Shown: positions 10,745-24,311 of the stretch, in pieces
How positions within the stretch are numbered: position 1 is the first letter of the stretch
How the letters are laid out: each line of letters starts with the position of its first letter
Assembly: GCF_040217025.1 (NCBI RefSeq)
Contig: NZ_JAVJOA010000001.1
Span: 104,528 to 168,527, forward strand
DNA length: 64,000 bases
Direction of reading: 5' to 3'
Origin: Pseudohaliea sp.
GTDB taxonomy: Bacteria > Pseudomonadota > Gammaproteobacteria > Pseudomonadales > Halieaceae
Translations under genes and position numbers: made by a program
Notes under the pieces: model-generated
Database searches by the model: none
Told to the model about the DNA's origin: nothing
What the model saw: only the letters and a program-made list of their open reading frames with translations

Positions 10745-11173
10745 TCAGCGCTGCAGCTTCGTTTCGAGGATCACGGACGACTTGGTGCGCAGCACCCCGC
10801 GCAGTTCGCTGATGCGATCGAGGAGCTGGCTGAGAGCGCCCGTGCTAGGGGCGGAGAGCACCACGATGAGGTCGAAATCGCCGCTGATGGCGTAGAGCGC
10901 CTGCACCTCGCTGATGCGGCCGAGCTGCCCGGTCACCTGGGCGGTGAGCCGCTGCTCCACCTCCACCAGCACGTGCGCCGCGACCTGCCCGGCACGGTAG
11001 GCCTCGCCGAGGGTCACCGTGTAGCCGGTGATAACCCCCTCGCGCTCGAGGCGGGCCATGCGGTTGTGCACCGTCGCCCGGGACACGCCGAGGCGGCGCG
11101 CGAGGGCCGTGGAGCTCAGGCGGGCGTCCTCGCGCAGGGCGGCGATGATACGTTCATCCAGCGAATCTGACAT
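10745..11173 (-). CDS. Lrp/AsnC-family transcriptional regulator
   Basis: N-terminal HTH (LDERIIAALREDARLSSTALARRLGVSRATVHNRMARLEREGVI) plus a C-terminal RAM-like domain. Confidence 0.9.
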   Translation of the reverse strand: MSDSLDERIIAALREDARLSSTALARRLGVSRATVHNRMARLEREGVITGYTVTLGEAYRAGQVAAHVLVEVEQRLTAQVTGQLGRISEVQALYAISGDFDLIVVLSAPSTGALSQLLDRISELRGVLRTKSSVILETKLQR

Positions 11174-11263
11174 TCCGTCATAATAGGCTGACGAAACGTC
11201 AAACTGAAGGACAAATCCGCACGGTTCGGCTATTCAGTATGACAGGGGCCGCGCGTAGACTGA

Positions 11264-12613
<1,350 letters not shown>

Positions 12614-12617
12614 CGCC

Positions 12618-15154
<2,537 letters not shown>

Positions 15155-15162
15155 CCCGCCCC

Positions 15163-15957
15163 ATGGACCCGAACACCTTCTTCGCCCGCCTCTGGGACGA
15201 TTTCCTCGCGCACGCACCGAGCGCCGAGGGCATCCACGCCCTGCTCGGCGGCGGCGCGCCCATCGTCAACGATCACGTCGCCCTGCGCACCTTCGCGACA
15301 GAAGAGCTCGGCGTCGATGCCCTGCACCCGCTGTTCGAGGCCCTGGGCTACGAGCTCGGCGACCACTACCGGTTCCGTGCCAAGAAGCTCCGCGCACGCT
15401 ACTACCGCCACCCGGACCCGGCCCAGCCGAAGATCTTCATCAGCGAGCTGCTGCTCGACGAGTGCTCAGGCGCGCTGCGCGACACCGTGCTGCCGCTCTG
15501 CGAGCAGGTGCCGGCCGGTGCCGCGGACCAGCCAGCCTTCCTGTTCGGCGGTCGCCCCTGGGACCTGCCCTTCGCCAGCTATACCGCGCTGCGAAAGGAG
15601 AGCGAGTACGCCGCCTGGCTCGCCGCCCACGGCTACCGCGCTAACCACTTCACCGTGAGCGTGAACGACCTGCCGGGCTTCGACTCGGTCGCCGCGGTGA
15701 ACGCCGCGCTGAAGCGCGCCGGCTATGCGCTCAACGACTCCGGGGGTGAGATCAAGGGCTCCCCGGCGGTGCTGCTGGAGCAGTCCTCGACCCTCGCCGA
15801 CCGGGTGCCGGTGCGCTTCAGCGACGGCGAGCAGGTCATTCCCGGCTGCTTCTACGAGTTCGCCTGCCGCTACCCGCAGGCCGACGGCAGCCTCTACCAG
15901 GGCTTCGTGGAGGCGAGCGCCGACAAGATCTTCGAAAGCACGGACGCGGGCGCATGA
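15163..15957 (+). CDS. DUF1338-family protein (2-oxoadipate dioxygenase/decarboxylase HglS/YdcJ superfamily)
   Basis: NDHVALRTF, ANHFTVSVNDL and CFYEFACRY segments match my recollection of the DUF1338 metal-site motifs. The size is about 264 aa. Confidence 0.7.
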   Translation: MDPNTFFARLWDDFLAHAPSAEGIHALLGGGAPIVNDHVALRTFATEELGVDALHPLFEALGYELGDHYRFRAKKLRARYYRHPDPAQPKIFISELLLDECSGALRDTVLPLCEQVPAGAADQPAFLFGGRPWDLPFASYTALRKESEYAAWLAAHGYRANHFTVSVNDLPGFDSVAAVNAALKRAGYALNDSGGEIKGSPAVLLEQSSTLADRVPVRFSDGEQVIPGCFYEFACRYPQADGSLYQGFVEASADKIFESTDAGA

Positions 15958-17183
15958 GCGGTCTCGACGCCAGGGCCCGCGACGATGCCCTCGCCTTCGT
16001 GGCCGAGGGCGCTGACACCATGCGCGCGGAAACCATCGCGCTGGCCGAGATCAATTCCGGCAGCTACCACGCCGCGGGCGTGAATCGCGTGCGGGAGGCG
16101 CTCGCAGCGCTGTTCGCGGACCTCGACGCAGAGAGCACCGTGCTGCCCTCACCGCCCCTGGAAGTGCTCGACGACGACGGCGCCCTGCGCGAGCGCAGTC
16201 TCGGCGACGGACTGCGCCTGCGCAAGCGCCCGGACGCGCCCTTCCAGGTGTTCCTCTGCGGGCACATGGATACCGTGTTCCCGAAAGACCACCCCTTCCA
16301 GGCCGTGCGTGAAATCGACGGCGACACGCTCGGCGGCCCGGGCGTGGCCGACCTCAAGGGCGGCCTGGTGCTCATGCACCGCGCCCTCCTCGCCCTCGAG
16401 CGCAGCCCGCTCGCGGGGAAGATCGGCTGGGAGGTGCTGCTGAACCCGGACGAGGAGATCGGCTCGCCGGTGTCCGCGCCGTGGATCCGCGAGGCCGCCG
16501 AGCGCGCCGACGTGGGCCTGATCTACGAGCCGAGCTTCCCCGACGGCAGCCTCGCCGGCCGCCGCAAGGGCTCCGGCAACTTCGCCCTGCTCGCAGCCGG
16601 CCGCGCCGCCCATGCGGGCCGGGAACACCACCTCGGCCGCAACGCCATCCGCCTGCTCAGCGAGGCGCTGGTGGCGATTGACGAGCTCAACGGACAGCGC
16701 CCCGGCGTCACCTTCAACCCGGGCTTCGTGCACGGTGGCGGCGCCGTGAACATCGTCCCGGACACGGCCGTGGGCCGCTTCAATATCCGCGTGGAGGAGC
16801 CCGAGGACACGGCCTGGTGCGAGCGGGAGCTCGCGGCGATCATCGACACTTTGAACGCGCGCGACGGCCTCTCCCTCGAGCTGCACGGCGGTTTCACCCG
16901 CCCGCCCAAGGTACCGGGGCCCGCCAATGAACGCCTCTTCGACCTGGCCCGGGCCTGCGGTGCGAGCCTCGGCGTGGAGCTCGCCGTGAAGCCGACCGGC
17001 GGCTGCTGCGACGGCAACAACCTCGCCGCCGCCGGTGTGCCCAACATCGATACGCTCGGGGTACACGGCGGCAACATCCATTCGAGCGACGAGTGGATGC
17101 GTGTTTCCAGCCTGGTCGAGCGCGGACAGCTGAGCGCGCTGCTGCTGCTGCGGCTGGCGGCGGGGGACTGGTCACCGGCCTGA
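15954..17183 (+). CDS. M20-family metallohydrolase (carboxypeptidase G2 / desuccinylase-like)
   Basis: CGHMDTVFP, GPGVADLKGG and NPDEEIGSP metal-ligand motifs. The start overlaps the DUF1338 stop. Confidence 0.85.
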   Translation: MSGLDARARDDALAFVAEGADTMRAETIALAEINSGSYHAAGVNRVREALAALFADLDAESTVLPSPPLEVLDDDGALRERSLGDGLRLRKRPDAPFQVFLCGHMDTVFPKDHPFQAVREIDGDTLGGPGVADLKGGLVLMHRALLALERSPLAGKIGWEVLLNPDEEIGSPVSAPWIREAAERADVGLIYEPSFPDGSLAGRRKGSGNFALLAAGRAAHAGREHHLGRNAIRLLSEALVAIDELNGQRPGVTFNPGFVHGGGAVNIVPDTAVGRFNIRVEEPEDTAWCERELAAIIDTLNARDGLSLELHGGFTRPPKVPGPANERLFDLARACGASLGVELAVKPTGGCCDGNNLAAAGVPNIDTLGVHGGNIHSSDEWMRVSSLVERGQLSALLLLRLAAGDWSPA

Positions 17184-17204
17184 CCGGTTCAGCAAACGAC
17201 AGGC

Positions 17205-17234
17205 AAAAAAAAGGCCCGCTCGCGCGGGCCTTTT
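17205..17234. terminator. Bidirectional rho-independent terminator
   Basis: A-run, then GGCCCGC-tcgc-GCGGGCC (17213-17230), then a T-run, between the convergent M20 and cspA genes. Confidence 0.85.
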
Positions 17235-17251
17235 CTGTCAACCTGGCTGGC

Positions 17252-17458
17252 TCAGACGACTTCGATGTTCGACGCCTGCGGGCCTTTCTGGCCCTGGGTC
17301 ACCTCGAAGGAGACCTTCTGGCCCTCGAGGAGGGTCTTGAAGCCGCTGCCGTTGATCGCGCTGAAGTGCGCGAACACGTCCGGGCCGTTGTCCTGCTCGA
17401 TGAAGCCGAAGCCCTTGGACTCGTTGAACCACTTAACCGTGCCGGTGGAAGTTGCCAT
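17252..17458 (-). CDS. cspA: Cold-shock protein, CspA family
   Basis: [15 protein letters not shown] (RNP1) and DVFAHFS (RNP2). 68 aa. Confidence 0.97.
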   Translation of the reverse strand: MATSTGTVKWFNESKGFGFIEQDNGPDVFAHFSAINGSGFKTLLEGQKVSFEVTQGQKGPQASNIEVV

Positions 17459-17827
17459 GATGTCTATCCTTTCTTTCCAATACTATCCAATAAGGTTTGC
17501 CCACGAGGGGCGGTCGTGCTTGAAGTCTTGCGGGGCCTTATGGACAAATCGGACGTGGGCCGCAGGGGCCGGGACGAACTCAGAGGACATAGTGCTGCAA
17601 TTCTCAAACGTAACCAGCATAGCACCGATCGCGGCAAAAAGATCGCACTTTTTCACAAGAGTTTTCTCACGGCAGCCCCGAAGGCACCGGAGGCCCGACG
17701 CACCGTGGCATAATCGGGGGCGCGGCGCCGCGAAAGCCAAGACCCAGCCCCCTGCGTAACAGCATGCGGGCGACGGGAAGGCGCGTCGCAAACCATTAGC
17801 ACCACAGCCAACGGAACGCAGCTCCTG

Positions 17828-18889
17828 ATGTCACGACTCCTGGGCCTCGCAAGGCCCCTGCTCATTCTCGCGGTCGCAGCCGCCATCGCCGTGTTCATGA
17901 TCAAGAGCCGGCCCCAGCTGGAGGCGCGCAACGTGGCCACGCCGCCGCCCCTGGTGGAGGTGGACACCATCCGCCTCGGCACCGTGCCGGTCACCGTCGT
18001 CGCCCACGGCAACGTCACCGCCTGGCGGGAGCTGGAGCTGGCCGCGCAGGTATCCGGGCGTATCCTCTGGCAGTCGCCGAAGTTCGAACCCGGCGTCGTG
18101 GTCGAGGCCGGCGAGCCGCTCCTTCGCATCGACCGCACCGATTACGAGCTGGCCCTGGCCGAAGCGCGGCAGGCCCTCGCCAGCGCCGAGCTGGCCCTGG
18201 CCGATGCGAAGGCCCTGCGCCAGTCCGCCCGCATCGACGAGGCGGAGGCGACCGTCGCCGCCGCGCGGGCGCGCATCGCCCGCGCCGAGCGCGATCTCAC
18301 CAACACGGAAATCACGGCGCCCTACCGCGCCGTGATCGACGAGCAGCGCGTGGAGCTGGGCCAGTTCATCAGCGCCGGCACCGCCGTCGGCCGGGTGCTC
18401 GGTGCCGAGCGGGCCGAGATTCGCCTGCCCGTCCTCGCGAAGGACATCGCATTCATCGACGGCGACGCGCCGGCGCCGGTGGCGCTGTTCGCCGAGGGCG
18501 GCACCCGGGAAGCACGCTGGACCGGCAGGCTCGTGCGCATCGAGGCACGCCTCGACACCGCGACGCGGGTCGTGCCCGTGGTGCTGGAGGTCGAGGACCC
18601 GCTGGACGGCAGCCGCCATGAGCAGACGCTGCCCTTCGGCCTCTTCGTTCGCGCCGAGATCCCCGGTCAACCGGTGGAGCGTGCCGTGGAGCTGCCGCAG
18701 GACGCCCTGCACGGGGAGGACGTTTTCGTTTTTGCTGACGGGGCGCTGGAGCGCCGCGCCGTGACCGTGGCACGCCTGAGCGATGGCCGCGCCCTGGTAA
18801 CGGACGGCCTCACAGACGGCGACCGGGTGGTGACCACCCGCCTCGACCTGATGTTCGACGGCATGGCGGTCGCGCTCCTCGATGGCTGA
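17828..18889 (+). CDS. RND efflux periplasmic adaptor (membrane fusion protein)
   Basis: N-terminal TM anchor, a coiled-coil hairpin (ELALAEARQALASAELALADAKAL) and beta-barrel segments. It overlaps the downstream pump gene. Confidence 0.88.
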   Translation: MSRLLGLARPLLILAVAAAIAVFMIKSRPQLEARNVATPPPLVEVDTIRLGTVPVTVVAHGNVTAWRELELAAQVSGRILWQSPKFEPGVVVEAGEPLLRIDRTDYELALAEARQALASAELALADAKALRQSARIDEAEATVAAARARIARAERDLTNTEITAPYRAVIDEQRVELGQFISAGTAVGRVLGAERAEIRLPVLAKDIAFIDGDAPAPVALFAEGGTREARWTGRLVRIEARLDTATRVVPVVLEVEDPLDGSRHEQTLPFGLFVRAEIPGQPVERAVELPQDALHGEDVFVFADGALERRAVTVARLSDGRALVTDGLTDGDRVVTTRLDLMFDGMAVALLDG

Positions 18890-21800
18890 ATACACCCCGC
18901 CCGACCGCCGGCGCGGCGCCGTCGCATGGATGGCGCGCAACCCCGTCGCCGCCAACCTGCTCCTGCTCATCGTGGTGGTCGCGGGCCTCTACGCCATGCA
19001 GGCCCTCGACAAGGAGGTTTTCCCCTCCTTCCCCACGGAGACCTTCACGGTCACCGTGCCCTACCCCGGCAGCTCCCCGGAAGAGGTAGAACGCGGCATC
19101 ATCCTGCGCATCGAGGAGGCGGTGCGCGATATCGTCGGCATCAAGGAGATCCGCAGCGAGGCCCGGGAAGGGGTGGGCGTGGTGACGGTGCGCATGGAGC
19201 CCGGCAGCGACATGGCAAAGGCCGTGAACCTCGCCAAGGTGCGCGTCGACGGCATCTCCTCCTTCCCCGCCGACGCCGAGAAGCCCATCGTCGAGGAGAT
19301 CGAGGCCGCCACCGGGGCGATCCGCGTGAGCCTGTTCGGCGAGATCGAGCCGACGAAACTCAAGGAACTCGCCGAGGAAATCCGCGAAGAGATTCTCGCC
19401 CTCGGCAACATCAGCGAGATCGCGGTGCTCGGCGAGCGCGACTACGAGATTTCGATCGAGCTGTCAGACGAGCGCATGCGCCGCTACGGACTCACCTTCG
19501 ATGCCGTGGTGAACGCCATCCAGCAGCGCTCCCGGGACCTGCCCGGGGGCCTCCTGCGCACCGATGCCGGCGCGATCACCCTGCGCTCGACGTCCCAGGC
19601 CTACCGCGGCCGGGAGTTCGAGCAGCTCACGCTCATCAGCCGCGACGACGGCACGCGCATCCGCCTCGGCGACATCGCCACGGTCCGCGACGGTTTCGCC
19701 GATCAGCCGGTGCTATCGCGGGTGAACGGCGAACCCGCGCTGACCTTCGATATCGATCGCGTCGGGGCGCAGGACGTCCTCGAGATCACCGCGCTGGTAA
19801 AGGACTACGTGGCGGAGAAGCGGGCGGAACTGCCGGAGGGCATCGGACTTCAGGCCTGGGGTGACCAGAGCCGGATCCTCCGCGGCCGTATCGAGCTCAT
19901 GCTGCGCAACGCCGCGTCCGGGGCGATCCTGGTGATCATTGCCCTCGCCCTGTTTCTCGACCTCGCCCTGGCTTTCTGGGTCGTCGTCGGCCTCCCCTTC
20001 GCCGTGCTCGGCTGCCTGGCGACCATCGGCTTCCTCGGCCTGCCCGTGTCCATCAACGTGCTCTCGGTCTTCGGCTTCATCCTCGTGCTCGGCCTGCTGG
20101 TGGATGACGCCATCGTCACCTCGGAGAGCGCCTATACCTCGCTCGAGAATGAGGGCCGTGGCGTCGACAGCGTCGTCGGCGGGGTGCAGCGCGTGACCAC
20201 CGCCACGGTCTTCGGCGCCCTGACTACCGCCGTGGCCTTCGGGCCGAGCCTGTTCCTCACCGAGGGTTTTGCGCGCATCCTGTCGCAGCTGGGCTACGTG
20301 GTGATTTTCTGCGTGGTCTTCTCGCTCATCGAGACCAAGCTGGTGCTCCCCGCGCACCTGCGCCACATCCGCGTCCCGCAGCCGGGCGACCGGCTGGGCC
20401 CCGTGCGGCGCTTCCAGCAGCGCGTCTCCCGGGGCATGATCGCCTTCGCCCGCGGGCCCTACCGCCGAATGCTGGCGAAGGCCGTGCATTACCGCTACAC
20501 CACCCTGGCCCTGTTCCTCGCCGGCCTCATGGTCTGCCTCGCCCTGGTGCCCGCGGGAATCCTGCGCGTGGTGTTCTTCCCCTCCGTGCCCTCGGACGCC
20601 ATCGAGATCAACCTCGACATGCCCCAGGGCACGCCCTGGCAGCGGACCCACGACTATGCCGGGCGCATCGAGGACGCGGCCCGGGCGATGAACGAGCGCT
20701 TCAAGGCCCAGGACCCCGCGGGCCGCGATGTCATCCGCACGCTGCACCTGCTCTCGGAGACCGACACCTCGGCGCGGCTGATCATCGAGCTCATCGTGAG
20801 CGAAGAGCGTGACATCGACTCGGTGGAACTCGGCGGCTGGCTGCGCGAGGAGCTCGGCACGCTGCATGGGGTGCGCTCCTTCCGCCTCGACGCGGCGGCT
20901 GGCCCCGGCGGTTCGCCGATCGATGTGCAGCTGCGTGGCCGCGACCTCGAGCAGCTGCGCCAGGCGGCGAGCGAGCTCAAGCTGCAGATGGCCCAGGTCG
21001 ACGGCGTGCGCGACATCCGCGACAGCTTCAATGCCGGCGGCCGGGAGCTGGATATCCGCGTGACGCCCGAGGGCGAGGCCCTGGGCCTCACGGACGTGGA
21101 GCTGGCCCGGCAGGTGCGCCAGGCCTTCTTCGGCGCCGAGGTGCAGCGGGTGCAGCGCGGCCGCGACGAGGTGCGCGTCTACGTGCGCCTTCCGGAAGAG
21201 GACCGCACGCAGCTCGACACGCTGCAGGAACTCTGGATCAGCCTGCCGAACGGCAACCGCGCCCCCTTCTCCGTGGTCGGCCACGCGCGGGAACAGGCGG
21301 GCCTCAGCGTGATCAACCGCATCGACCTGTCGCGGGTCGTGGACGTGCAGGCCGACGTCGACAAGGCGCTGATCTCCACCACGGAGGTGATGGACCTGAT
21401 CGAGCGCGACATGCTGCCCGACATCCTCGCCCGGCACCCCTCCGTGCGCTACACCGTTGCCGGCGAAGTGGAAGAGCAGCGCGACACCTCCCAGGCCCTG
21501 CTCTACGGCGGCCTGCTGGTGCTGCTGCTCATCTACGCGGCGCTGGCGATTCCGCTGAAGAGTTACCTCGAGCCGCTGCTGATCATGTCCGTGATCCCCT
21601 TCGGCGTTACCGGTGCCTTCCTCGGCCACCTGATTCTCGGCATGGACGTGAGCATCCTCTCGGCCATCGGCATCATCGGGCTGGTGGGCGTGGTGGTCAA
21701 CGACAGCCTCGTGCTGGTGGACTTCATCAACCACTTCATCGACGAGGGACATGACTGGGAGGAGGCGGTGCTGGAGGCAGGCCCGACCCGGTTCCGCGCC

Positions 21801-22016
21801 GTCATGCTGACCTCCCTCACCACCTTCATCGGCCTGCTGCCGATCCAGCTGGAGACGTCGATCCAGGCCCAGTTCGTCAAACCCATGGCCACCTCCGTGG
21901 CCTTCGGCGTGTTCTTCTCGACGGCGGTCACGCTGTTCCTGGTGCCGACGCTGTACTACGTGTCACAGGATATCCGGCGGGCCGTCGCCCGGCCCCGGCT
22001 GGCGCGGACATCCTGA
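18882..22016 (+). CDS. RND efflux permease (AcrB/AcrD/AcrF family)
   Basis: 1044 aa with a 12-TM/2-loop architecture. NPVAANLLLLIVVVAG at the N-terminus and typical GLLVDDAIV and VVNDSLVLVD motifs. Confidence 0.93.
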   Translation: MAEYTPPDRRRGAVAWMARNPVAANLLLLIVVVAGLYAMQALDKEVFPSFPTETFTVTVPYPGSSPEEVERGIILRIEEAVRDIVGIKEIRSEAREGVGVVTVRMEPGSDMAKAVNLAKVRVDGISSFPADAEKPIVEEIEAATGAIRVSLFGEIEPTKLKELAEEIREEILALGNISEIAVLGERDYEISIELSDERMRRYGLTFDAVVNAIQQRSRDLPGGLLRTDAGAITLRSTSQAYRGREFEQLTLISRDDGTRIRLGDIATVRDGFADQPVLSRVNGEPALTFDIDRVGAQDVLEITALVKDYVAEKRAELPEGIGLQAWGDQSRILRGRIELMLRNAASGAILVIIALALFLDLALAFWVVVGLPFAVLGCLATIGFLGLPVSINVLSVFGFILVLGLLVDDAIVTSESAYTSLENEGRGVDSVVGGVQRVTTATVFGALTTAVAFGPSLFLTEGFARILSQLGYVVIFCVVFSLIETKLVLPAHLRHIRVPQPGDRLGPVRRFQQRVSRGMIAFARGPYRRMLAKAVHYRYTTLALFLAGLMVCLALVPAGILRVVFFPSVPSDAIEINLDMPQGTPWQRTHDYAGRIEDAARAMNERFKAQDPAGRDVIRTLHLLSETDTSARLIIELIVSEERDIDSVELGGWLREELGTLHGVRSFRLDAAAGPGGSPIDVQLRGRDLEQLRQAASELKLQMAQVDGVRDIRDSFNAGGRELDIRVTPEGEALGLTDVELARQVRQAFFGAEVQRVQRGRDEVRVYVRLPEEDRTQLDTLQELWISLPNGNRAPFSVVGHAREQAGLSVINRIDLSRVVDVQADVDKALISTTEVMDLIERDMLPDILARHPSVRYTVAGEVEEQRDTSQALLYGGLLVLLLIYAALAIPLKSYLEPLLIMSVIPFGVTGAFLGHLILGMDVSILSAIGIIGLVGVVVNDSLVLVDFINHFIDEGHDWEEAVLEAGPTRFRAVMLTSLTTFIGLLPIQLETSIQAQFVKPMATSVAFGVFFSTAVTLFLVPTLYYVSQDIRRAVARPRLARTS

Positions 22017-22100
22017 GCGCGACGCCAACCCCCGGGGTGAACTCGGGGACGATGCCCTGAGCTGCTATGCTCCCGGCGTTGTCGGCCCGGGAGACCGCCC

Positions 22101-22583
22101 ATGGATTTCAGCTACAGCCCACGCGTCGAAGCCCTGCGCCAGCAGCTCTGGCAGTTCATGGACCGTTACATTCTCCCGCGGCTCGGGGCCTGGCGCGCGG
22201 AGGTAAGCGCCGGGCAGTACCCGGTGTCCTTCATGGAGGACCTGAAGGAACTCGCCCGCGACGAGGGGCTGTGGAACCTGTTCCTGCCCTCCCTGAAAGA
22301 CGGAGAGCCCGGCACGCGCCTCAGCAACCTCGAGTATGCGCCGCTCGCCGAGATCATGGGCCGCGTGCCCTGGGCCTCGGAGGTGTTCAACTGCAACGCG
22401 CCGGACACGGGCAACATGGAGGTGCTGCACATGTTCGGCAGCGAGGCCCAGAAAGCGCACTGGCTCGAGCCGCTGATGCGCGCTGAGACGCGCTCCGCCT
22501 TCGCCATGACCGAGGTCGCGCTGGAGCTGAAGCAGCAACAGGAACAGCTCGACCGGGTCAGCGCCTATCTCGCCGGCGCCTGA
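22101..22583 (+). pseudogene. Truncated acyl-CoA dehydrogenase (N-terminal about 145 aa of a FadE/ACAD10-like enzyme)
   Basis: MDFSYSPRVEALRQQLWQFM ... LEYAPLAEIMGR ... FNCNAPDTGNMEVL ... RSAFAMTE matches ACAD N-terminal domains. It then diverges (VALELKQQQEQLDRV...) and stops. The middle and C-terminal domains are absent, and the 3' end overlaps the convergent acpH. Confidence 0.75.
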
Positions 22584-23161
22584 ACCCCTTCTGCGGCGAT
22601 CGCCGCCTGGACGTCGGCGAAGACCAGCAGGAAGCACGCCTCAAGGCCCGCCTCTTCGCTGGCCACCGTGTCCACGAGAGCCGCCACCGGCAGCGGCCGC
22701 CGGCGCCGTTCGGCAAGCCGTTCCAGCACGGCGGCGACGCCCTCGAGGGTCTCGTAGGCGCGCAGCCACTGCGCGTCCGCCCAGGCCGGCCCCAGGCTCG
22801 CAAAACCCGCGGGCAGCCAGGGGCGGTACTCGTGGATGACCCGGTAGACCGCCTGGCGGAACGGTTCCAGGGGCTCCGCGGCAAAGCGATGCCAGTGGCG
22901 ACACAGAAAGTAGTCAAAAGCGATGTCCAGGGCCACGCCCGCGAAACGCCTCTGGCCTGCGGGGAAAACGGCCAGGGCCTCGCCATAGGCGTCGTGTGCG
23001 TCGGTCAGCGCATCGACCCGGCGGTGCCGGCGGACACCGGCCGCAACGCGCGGGTGCAGCGCCTGCCCCTCGAGCGGGCCCTTGACATGGTCGCCGGCGA
23101 CATTGCCGATCAGCGCGCCCGGGTCGGGCTGGGCAAGCAGGGCGTGGGCGAGGTAGTTCAC
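22565..23161 (-). CDS. acpH: Acyl carrier protein phosphodiesterase
   Basis: GTG start giving VNYLAHALLA. HRRVDALTD, DIAFDYFLCRHW and AQWLRAYE align with my recollection of E. coli AcpH (HRRIDVLTD, DVMWDHFLSRHW, EQWLVRYR). Confidence 0.85.
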   Translation of the reverse strand: MNYLAHALLAQPDPGALIGNVAGDHVKGPLEGQALHPRVAAGVRRHRRVDALTDAHDAYGEALAVFPAGQRRFAGVALDIAFDYFLCRHWHRFAAEPLEPFRQAVYRVIHEYRPWLPAGFASLGPAWADAQWLRAYETLEGVAAVLERLAERRRRPLPVAALVDTVASEEAGLEACFLLVFADVQAAIAAEGVQAPAR

Positions 23162-23174
23162 GAGGAACCCGCGC

Positions 23175-24311
23175 TCAGGCGACGCCCGCCGCGCGCAGCG
23201 CCTCCAGCGCCCGGTCGATGTCCGGCTCATCGTTGTAGATGTGCGGCGACAGGCGGAAGCCCAGGGCCCGCCGATCCACCTGTACGTCGGCGGCGGCGAA
23301 GGCATCGGCCACGCTGTCGTTGGCGCTGCCGAAATCGAGGATCACCGTCCCGCTGCGCGCGTCCGGATCCGCCGGAGAGACGCGGCCTTCGGCGGGCACG
23401 CCCGCGCGCAGCCGGTCGCCCAGGGCAAGGTTGTGGCCGCGGATGCGGGTCAGGCCGATCTCCTGCAGGCGCTCGATGCTGTGCGCCGCAATCGCGTAGG
23501 GAGCGATCGACGGCGTGCCGCCCCAGAAACGCAAGGCTCCCGGGTGGTAGCGGAAGTCATGGATGTCGAAGGCAAACGGGTCTGCGTGGGAGAACCAGCC
23601 GACCGCATCCGGCTCGCAGCGCTCGACCAGCGCCGGGGCTACCCAGAGGAAACCGGCACCCGGCCCGCCGCAGAGCCACTTCACGCAGGAGCCGAGCAGA
23701 AAGTCCGCGCCGATGGCCCGCACGTCGACCGGCAGGATGCCCACCGCCTGCGCCGCATCCACGACGCTGAGCGCACCGGCCTCGCGGGCGGCTGCGCAGA
23801 CGGCCTGCACCGGCACCTGGACGCCCGTGTTCGACTGCACCTGCGTCACCAGCACGAGCGCCGTGTCGTCGCCAAGCGCTGCCCGCCAGGCCGCCGGGTC
23901 GCGCTCGTCGACAGCCGCCGGTAGAAAGCGCGGCGCGAGGCCGAGACTGCGCGCCCGCTCTGCCACAAAGCCCAGGGAGGGGAAGGCGCGCTCGCTGAGC
24001 AGGATTTCCCGGCGCGTGGTGAGGCCGGGCACACACTGGAGCACCCGCGCAAAGCCGGTGGAAACGTCCGGTTGCGGGCAGAGGTCGTCACCGCGCGCGC
24101 CCAGCAGCTCGCCCAGCGCGGCCCGAAAGCGCTCCACCGCCTGCAGCCAGGCGGGCCAGGGTTCGCCGGCGCCGCCCGCCCAGGGATCGTAGAACGCCGC
24201 CGCGAAGGCCTCCCGGCTATCCACCGGCGGTCGACCGACGGAATGGTTGAGCAGGTAGGTACCCGGGCCAAGATCAAAACGGTCGCGCAGGGCCGAGGCT
24301 TCCGGGCTCAT
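23175..24311 (-). CDS. Kynureninase-family PLP-dependent hydrolase (aminotransferase class V fold)
   Basis: DFLLGSCVKWLCGGPGAGFLWV matches the kynureninase PLP-lysine segment (CxYKYLNGGPGA). 378 aa. The start overlaps the upstream stop (ATGA). Confidence 0.75.
   Translation of the reverse strand: MSPEASALRDRFDLGPGTYLLNHSVGRPPVDSREAFAAAFYDPWAGGAGEPWPAWLQAVERFRAALGELLGARGDDLCPQPDVSTGFARVLQCVPGLTTRREILLSERAFPSLGFVAERARSLGLAPRFLPAAVDERDPAAWRAALGDDTALVLVTQVQSNTGVQVPVQAVCAAAREAGALSVVDAAQAVGILPVDVRAIGADFLLGSCVKWLCGGPGAGFLWVAPALVERCEPDAVGWFSHADPFAFDIHDFRYHPGALRFWGGTPSIAPYAIAAHSIERLQEIGLTRIRGHNLALGDRLRAGVPAEGRVSPADPDARSGTVILDFGSANDSVADAFAAADVQVDRRALGFRLSPHIYNDEPDIDRALEALRAAGVA

Noticed and set aside
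17093-17791. ORFs of 102-206 aa in the cspA/RND spacer
   Set aside because: They span the terminator and intergenic DNA. They have mixed codon bias, no RBS and no motifs. The region is better explained as a leader/promoter region.
19713-21752. 679-aa antisense ORF inside the RND pump gene
   Set aside because: The His/Asp/Gly/Arg-rich translation has no TM segments or domains. The sense frame is a textbook AcrB-family permease.
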